A stretch of 64,000 nt of DNA from Oikopleura dioica (Eukaryota; Animalia; Chordata): positions 4,836,001 through 4,900,000 of the forward strand of contig OU015569.1 in NCBI GenBank assembly GCA_907165135.1, given 5' to 3'. The translations under genes and the position numbers were made by a program. Each line of letters opens with the position of its first letter. The stretch's first letter is position 1. Shown piece by piece: positions 56,701 through 64,000 of this stretch. The notes below the pieces were generated by a model, which was not told where the DNA came from, made no database searches, and was given only the letters and a program-made list of their open reading frames with translations.

Positions 56701-59700
56701 CACTTCAATTCTTTCTGGTCACCTGGAACCATTCGGCGAGAACATCCTCGATCTTGCTAGTAAGCTTACTGGATGCACTCTTGAACTTTACAAAAAGATC
56801 GTCCGAGATCTCCCTCCAACGCCATCAAAGTTCCACTACATTTTCAACCTGCGAGATTTATCAAGAATTTACAGTGGTCTCTGTGTCACCAGTGCCGAGC
56901 GATTTACCAAGCCTGATGAATTCATTCGAGTTTGGCGAAACGAATGCTTGAGAGTCTTCCACGATAGAGCCATTAATGATAAAGATAAGAATTACCTTCA
57001 AGACACCATCAAGGGATTGGTAACCAAAACTTTCCCTCACAACACTGAACATGTCATGCGAGATCCGATCCTCTTTGGCGACTACAGAAACACCTTGAAG
57101 GAGAGTGAACCACGGCTTTATGAAGATGTTCAAGACTTTGATGCTGCAAAAGGCTTGTTTGCTGAGATTCTTGAAGCGTACAACGAAAGCGAGACTCCAA
57201 TGAACCTGGTTCTTTTCGAATCTGCGCTGGACCATCTGACGAGAATTCATCGTGTTTTGAGAATGAAACGCGGTCACGCCTTGCTCGTTGGTGTTGGTGG
57301 CTCAGGAAAGCAGTCTCTCGCAAAGTTGGCATCATATGCAGCAGGATGTGAAGTTTTCGAGATTTCATTATCCAGAGGATACGACGAGTCCAATTTCAGA
57401 GAAGATCTGAAAATTCTATACAGTAAACTTGGTGTAGAAAGCGGAGGTCGAAAAATTTCCTTCCTGTTCACCGACTCACACGTTGCTGAAGAGGGTTTCC
57501 TCGAACTGATCAACAACATGCTTACCACCGGTGCTGTGCCAGCACTCTTCGCCGACGACGAGAAAGACGCGATCATCAATAACATGCGAGACGAGGCATT
57601 GCGAGCGAACTACCCGCCAGGAAAAGAATCAATTTGGAAGTATTTCATTGATAAGTGCGCCAACAATCTTCACGTTATCCTTGCTATGAGTCCAACTGGA
57701 GACACTTTGCGTGTGCGCTGTCGAAATTTCCCAGGTCTTGTCAATGGAACTACAATCGACTGGTTCGAGGCTTGGCCAATTCAGGCTCTCATTGCTGTCG
57801 CATCAAGCTTTTTATCGGACAACCAAATGATTCCTGAGCAACATATGAACGCCGTGATCAATCACGTTGTCTTTGTTCATAAATCTGTTGAAGAAGCATC
57901 CGCCGATTACTTGACAAAACTCAGACGAACAAACTTCGTCACGCCCAAGAATTACCTTGATTTCGCAACCTCTTATTTGAAACTACTCGAAGAAAAAGAC
58001 GATGAAGTTGAAAAAATGTGCGAGCGTTTGGAAGGTGGTCTCAAGAAAATTGCAGAAGCCCAGATCCAGCTTGACGACTTGAACGCTAAACTTGTTGTTC
58101 AGAAAGTTGTTGTAAAGGAAAAATCAGAAGCCTGTGAAGAACTGCTGAAGGTTATTTCAGAAAGCAAAAACATCGCTTCAATTAAACAAGAAGAAGCAGG
58201 ATCCAAAGCCATCGAAATCGAAGAACAATCAAAAGTTATTGCTATCGAAAAGAAAGAAGCCGAAGAATCTTTGGCGGAAGCTCTGCCAGCCTTAGAAGCT
58301 GCTCGAAAGGCCCTTGAAGACTTGGACAAGTCAGATGTCACCGAAATTCGATCCTTTGCAAAGCCTCCAAAGGCTGTCCAGACCATTTGCGAGTGTATTC
58401 TCGTCATGAAGGGCATCAAGGAAATTTCGTGGAAAGCAGCTAAAGGTATGATGTCTGAAGCTGGTTTCTTGAGCTCTTTGATGAACATGGACGTCGACGC
58501 CATCGGCAACTCTCAAGTGAAACAGATCAAGGGCTTTTTGAAGGTCATTGGTGTCTCACAGACGGAAATGAAGTCCATCTCAAACGCTGGTGCTGGTATG
58601 ATGAAGTTCGTCGAAGCTGTCATGGGTTACTGCGACGTTGCACGAGAAATTAAACCAAAGCGAGAGAAAGTCGCTACTTTGGAAAAGAACTTCTTCATCA
58701 TGAAAAAAGATCTCGCTGCAGCGAAAAAAGAACTGGCTGCAATCGAGAAACAACTTGCAGAACTTGAAGCTCAATTTGAAGCCGCGATGACTGAGAAACA
58801 AGAGCTCGAAGAAGAAGCCAGCATTATGGAAAGGCGATTGATTGCCGCAGACAAACTTATTCGTGGTCTCGGTTCTGAAAGAGAACGATGGAAGGTGGAA
58901 CTCGCTGGACTTAAGGAAATGCGCGTGAGACTTCTTGGTGACTGTCTCCTCGGTGCTGCATTTTTGTCCTACGAGGGAGCTTTCAACTACGATTTCCGAT
59001 ATCAAATGATGCAAGAAAAGTTCATTCCGGATATTCGCGAGAAAGGTATTCCAATGTCTGATCCATTCCGACTGGAAGATCTTCTTACTGACGAAGTCGA
59101 AATATCAAAGTGGGGCTCCGAAGGTTTGCCTCCAGATGAGCTTTCCATCCAGAACGGTATTCTTACCACTAGAGCCAGTCGATTCCCACTTTGTATTGAT
59201 CCACAGCAACAGGCGTTGAATTGGATCAGGAAGAAAGAAGAAAAGTATAATCTTAAAGAATCGTCCTTCAACAGCCCTGACTTTTTGAAACAACTCGAGT
59301 TGGCTATCAAGTATGGTTTCCCATTCTTATTCAAGGATGTTGACGAGTACATCGATCCTGTCATTGATAATGTCCTCGAGAAGAATATCAAGGGTGGTGC
59401 TGGACGAGAACACATCATCCTTGGTGACAAGGAGGTCGACTACGATCCGAGCTTCAGGCTGTACTTGACTTCAAAACTTGCTAACCCTAAATACTCACCT
59501 GCTGTTTTTGGAAAGGCGATGGTTATAAATTACCAGGTCACACTCAATGGTCTCGAAGATCAGCTTCTCTCAGTTATTGTAAAGTTCGAGCGAAAAGAAC
59601 TGGAAGAACAGCGTGAACGCTTGATTCAAGAAACATCTGAGAATAAACGACTCCTCAAGGATTTGGAAGATTCTCTTCTCCGAGAACTCGCCAACTCTAA

Positions 59701-62700
59701 AGGAAACATGTTGGACAACACTGAACTTATTGAGACATTGGAAGAAACGAAAACAAAGGCTAAAGAAATCTCTGAGAAACTGGTGCAAGGAGCAGAAACC
59801 TCTGCTGAGATTGACGAGATTCGAAATGGTTACCGACCTGCCGCGCGGCGCGGTGCAGTTCTTTTCTTCGTCCTCTTGGATATGTCTCTTGTCAACAACA
59901 TGTACCAGTTTGCGCTCAATGCTTACCTTGACGTCTTTGACATGTCACTAAAGAAATCTCTCCCCGATGCAGTGCTTGCTCGCCGATTGCAGAACATCAT
60001 CAACACTTTGACCATGAATGTTTACAACTACGCATGTACTGGTCTTTTCGAACGACACAAGTTGCTATTCTCCTTCCAAATGTGTATAAAACTTCAACAA
60101 GATATTGGAAAAGTGCCTCAGCCTCAGGTCGACTTCTTCCTCAAGGGTAACATTGCTCTTGATAAGGTCAAGAAAGTGAAACCAGCCGAGTGGATTGCCG
60201 ATCAAATGTGGCAAGATCTTGTGAAATTGTCAGAACTATCGCCTGTCTTCTCAACATTACCTGACGATATTTCGAAGGATGTCGAAACTTGGGAGAAATG
60301 GTACGACCAAGATGCTCCTGAAGCTTCACCCTTCCCTGGCCGCTACGAGAGCTTAGATGATCAATTCCTCAAGCTTTGTCTTCTTCGATGTTTCCGTGTT
60401 GATCGATGTGTCCGTGCCGTTACTAACTACGTTGTCTCAAACATGGGCGAAAAGTATGTTCAACCTCCGATTGTTTCTTTTGAAGCTATTTTTGAACAAT
60501 CAACGCCGCTCTCGCCAATCATTTTCATTCTCTCCCCTGGTTCCGATCCCGCTACTGACTTGATGAAGCTTGCCGATCGAATGGACATTGGTGGCAATCG
60601 ACTTAAATTCCTTGCCATGGGACAGGGTCAAGAGCAAATCGCTCTCACACTCCTCGATACTGCTATCCAGCGAGGTCAGTGGCTCATGCTCCAAAATTGC
60701 CACTTGCTTGTCAAATGGCTCAAGGATTTGGAAAAATCTATCAGCAGAATCACAAAGCCGCATCCTGACTTCCGTCTCTGGCTCACCACCGACTGTATCC
60801 CGGAGTTCCCAATCGGTATTCTTCAAAGATCACTCAAGGTCGTCACTGAGCCCCCTAATGGTCTTAAGCTCAACCTTCGGGCAACATACACCAAGATTGC
60901 TGGCAGTACCTTGGCAGACAGCTCTCACCAATTTTTCCGGCCACTTGTCTACGTCCTCGCCTTCTTCCATGCCGTCGTTCAAGAGCGAAGAAAATACGGT
61001 CGCCTTGGTTGGAACGTTTCGTATGATTTCAACGAGTCAGACTTTGAAGTTTGCATGACAATCATCGACACATATCTTACGAAGTCTTTTGAAAACGAAG
61101 AAGACAAACTTCCTTGGGGAACCTTGCGATATCTGGTCGGAGAAGTCATGTACGGAGGTCGATGCATCGATTCATTTGATCGACGAATCCTCACCACATA
61201 CATGGAAGAATACTTCGGTGACTTTATCTTCGATACATTCCAGGAAAGGGATAATATATTTCTGTTTGATGATTTCAGAGGTAGACAATAAATTTATGAG
61301 CACTCATTTCTCATTTGAGATAATCTCTTCCTATTCGGTTATTATCCTCTTTCAAGCCGTATTCGTTCTACAAGTCGAGTGAGATCGACTACAACATTCC
61401 CAAAGATGATGGAACCAAGGAAGTCTACACAGAGAAAATCGAAAGCTTGCCGTTAGCTAACACGCCCGAGGTCTTCGGTCTTCATCCTAACGCTGAAATC
61501 GGCTACTACACGACCGCAGCGAGAGACATGTGGGAGCTTCTCGTTGAGTTGCAACCTCAAACAGGTGACTCCGGAGGTGGAATGTCTCGAGATGACTTTA
61601 TCGCCAAAATTGCAATTGACATCCAGCAGAATCTCCCCGAACAGTTCGAAATGGATAAGATCAAGCGTAAATTTGGAATCAATGTTGATCCGACTACTGT
61701 AGTTTTGCTTCAGGAATTAGAGCGATTCAATAAGGAACGGTTCAAGCCCAAAATTCGTCTTTTGGCGCCAAAATATCAGCAATGTCCACATTTTAGACTG
61801 CACTAGATTAGCACCTCTATCACTGCCCCCGAAGCGGGAGATGGCGCGCTTTGATCTCATCGGTTGGCTGAATTATTTTTAGAAAGAATTGATTCCCAGA
61901 TCTTGAACCTAGTGAAAAGCTCATTGCAAAAATGCGAAGCTCTTTGGTCGAACTCGGTCGAGCGCTCATTGGTGAAGTTGGAATGTCAAACGAACTGGAC
62001 GAAGTAGCAAGATCCCTTTTCAACGGTCAAATCCCATCCATCTGGCGGGCTTTGGCACCGGACACGCTCAAGAATCTTTCTAACTGGATGAGTCACTTTA
62101 GATCGCGGCTCGATCAGTACACCAACTGGGTTGAGAAAGGAATCGGTTTTGATATTTTACGGAAATGATCTTTTGAAATATATTGAGTGAGATATAAAGA
62201 TCCAGTCAATTTATGAATAACTATCGAAAGTTTCGATTCGAAACCGATAAAAGGTGAACCCGATGTCATGTGGATTTCCGGCCTTCATATCCCTGAGTCC
62301 TATCTTACCGCTCTCGTGCAAGCAACTTGCCGCAAGAATAAGTGGGCTTTGGATCGTTCGACTTTGTACACCGTAGTGACCAAATACGAGGATGCTTCTT
62401 ACGTGAACGAAAGACCACTGCAAGGTGCCTATATTTCCGGTCTTTACTTGGAAGGTGCCGCTTGGGACGTGGAGAACACTTGCTTGGTGCGCCAGCCGCC
62501 CAAACAGCTCCTGCAGCAACTGCCGATCATGCAGATCGTTCCGATCGAGTCTCACCGCTTGAAGCTGCAGAACACCTTCCGAACGCCCGTCTACACGACT
62601 TCAAACCGACGAAACGCGATGGGTGTCGGTCTCGTTTTCGAAGCCGATCTTGCTTCTCGACAACATCCATCTCACTGGGTCCTACAGTCCGTCGCTCTCA

Positions 62701-62717
62701 CACTCAACTCCGACTAA
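47755..62717 (+). CDS. DNAH10: Axonemal dynein heavy chain, inner arm I1/f alpha type (DNAH10), about 12 exons including one 10.8-kb exon (50450-61243)
   Basis: P-loops GPAGTGKT (54365-54388), [16 protein letters not shown] and GVGGSGKQ; coiled-coil stalk and MTBD. DNAH10-characteristic segments [35 protein letters not shown] and [28 protein letters not shown]. Ends LTLNSD-stop 62717. Confidence 0.96.
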
Positions 62718-63303
62718 GCACCAAAACTAACACCTGTATTTAATATCTTCTGTACAAAAGTATATTTTTGTATTAATAATAAATATATTTGTCTAACTAA
62801 AAACCGAGTCGATTGTTATCGAAATTCAAACTAACCCAGCGGGGTACTTTTGGTCTTTGCGGGGGAAGGAGATCATGATAATTATCATTACATTAGTAAA
62901 GTACAGGTGTGTTTGGTGTGCCTTCATCGGATATCTTTGCTAGCTAGATATTACCAATAAGCAATTCCTGAGGTAAACGAAAAAACTTATTGCAAAATGG
63001 ATGTGAGATAATCTGTGAGATCAGCAGAAACTGATTATGTTTGGGAACGAGAATTTGAGAAAATCAAGGAAGAAATTTGTTGAGATATTTCCGAGTTGCG
63101 GAAAAATGTCTTTGCTTTGTCAGGTTGTTTGTATCAGAGTTGGAGTGATTCATTTCTGTAAGATCGGCCAATAACCTTTTCGGAAAGGAATGCGCGGTGC
63201 AAAAGAGGGAAAATGAGTATTCGATAGGAAAACGAGCTCACTCTTGCCTACTCAAAATTTTTGCTTGCAAAGGTTTAAGCTGATTGTTGAAAGAGACTGC
63301 ACG

Positions 63304-63750
63304 ATGGGAAAGGCAAAGACAGCCGCAAAATCGACGAAATCTTCGGCGAAATCAGGGCCGCCTTCGAAAAAAGCGACGAACTCAGCCTCTAAGAAGACAA
63401 CGATGAAAACAAAGACGCTTACAACGACGAAAGTCGTCGAGACAACGCTCACACGCAGCGAAGTGACCAGCAAAACAGCAACGACTTCTAAGCCCGCAAT
63501 CAAAAAGGCAACGAAGGAAGCTCCAGCTTTGAAAGCTCCACCCAAACAAGCCAACCCACTTCCAGTTCAGAAGAAAACTGCGTCAGGTATGAATACTACT
63601 CAATCGGCGACGAAAAAAGCTTCTGCGAAGCCGGCTCAGGCGAAGAAAACCGGCAGCGCATCGAAGAAGCCAAAAGAACCTGCGGGAATTACGATTACGC
63701 TCCCGGGCTCTGGAAAAGGGAAACCAATGACGATTACGATTAAAAAATAA
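63304..63750 (+). CDS. Intronless 148-aa Lys/Ala/Thr/Ser/Pro-rich basic protein resembling a linker-histone C-terminal tail without a globular domain
   Basis: ATG 63304 to TAA 63750. About 33 Lys versus 4 Glu, no Asp and no aromatic residues. Motifs such as KKAT, AKK and KKPKEP; no winged-helix segment. Confidence 0.7.
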   Translation: MGKAKTAAKSTKSSAKSGPPSKKATNSASKKTTMKTKTLTTTKVVETTLTRSEVTSKTATTSKPAIKKATKEAPALKAPPKQANPLPVQKKTASGMNTTQSATKKASAKPAQAKKTGSASKKPKEPAGITITLPGSGKGKPMTITIKK

Positions 63751-63913
63751 CTCCCCCTAAACTTAAAATTGTCCCCAAAAAATCGTGATGAAAATCAGGT
63801 TGAAATTTTTCTTGTTGCACTTTTCGAAATTCGGCAAAAAACTGTGCTCTTGGGCGCCTCTTGAACTCTCCACGGATAATTCTTGGTGAGTGTAGCGCCG
63901 CTAAATTTTCGCC

Positions 63914-63920
63914 TATAAAA
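63914..63920 (+). promoter_or_regulatory. Possible TATA box of the next gene
   Basis: CCTATAAAAAGGC in a GC-richer context, about 30 bp before a pyrimidine/CA-rich initiator-like stretch. The downstream gene lies outside the window. Confidence 0.25.
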
Positions 63921-64000
63921 AGGCAGATTTCGCCCCTTACCTCCACTCACACTTACAGAGCCACCGGAGAAACCTTCTCCGAGACTTGCAACGTCCTAAA

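Noticed and set aside
50558-61382. Many 60-140-aa antisense and alternate-frame ORFs overlapping the dynein exon; likewise for the peroxidase and collagen genes
   Set aside because: Expected shadows of biased codon usage in long coding exons; no recognisable motifs.
1-64000. tRNA, rRNA, snRNA, LTR or LINE coding sequence
   Set aside because: No convincing T-loop/cloverleaf, rRNA, reverse transcriptase, integrase or transposase motifs were seen by eye. A tRNAscan-SE/Infernal/RepeatMasker run would be needed to exclude degenerate copies.

Overview
Eukaryotic, gene-dense (~40% GC) animal DNA with very short introns and many non-canonical GA/GC/GG donor sites. This most resembles the appendicularian tunicate Oikopleura dioica (inference; no database check). 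Recognisable genes, left to right: a DEG/ENaC channel (-), an animal heme peroxidase with a C-terminal LRR-like extension (-), a prodomain-less caspase-fold protease (-), a Gal3ST-family sulfotransferase (+), a TSPN-containing FACIT collagen (+), a Thr-rich protein (+), UNC119 (-) head-to-head with axonemal dynein DNAH10 (+, one 10.8-kb exon), and a Lys-rich H1-tail-like ORF (+). Several unidentified multi-exon genes lie between them. Non-autonomous DNA transposons are abundant and several have readable target-site duplications: a 3.9-kb Foldback/MULE-type element with nested MITEs, a piggyBac-type MITE containing a MULE-type MITE, and Kolobok-like and Harbinger-like MITEs. No tRNA, rRNA, CRISPR or transposase was seen. 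Best leads: (1) a caspase in which all three Asp-binding S1 residues are replaced, giving a paracaspase-like pocket; (2) all four GA-AG introns of the dynein gene have complementary ends, whereas the GT/GC introns inspected do not; (3) a peroxidase with C-terminal LRRs and an alpha-dioxygenase/COX-like YRMH heme-ligand motif; (4) a signal-peptide plus +9 cationic peptide ORF nested in a collagen intron. Exon boundaries were deduced by eye and are approximate unless stated.
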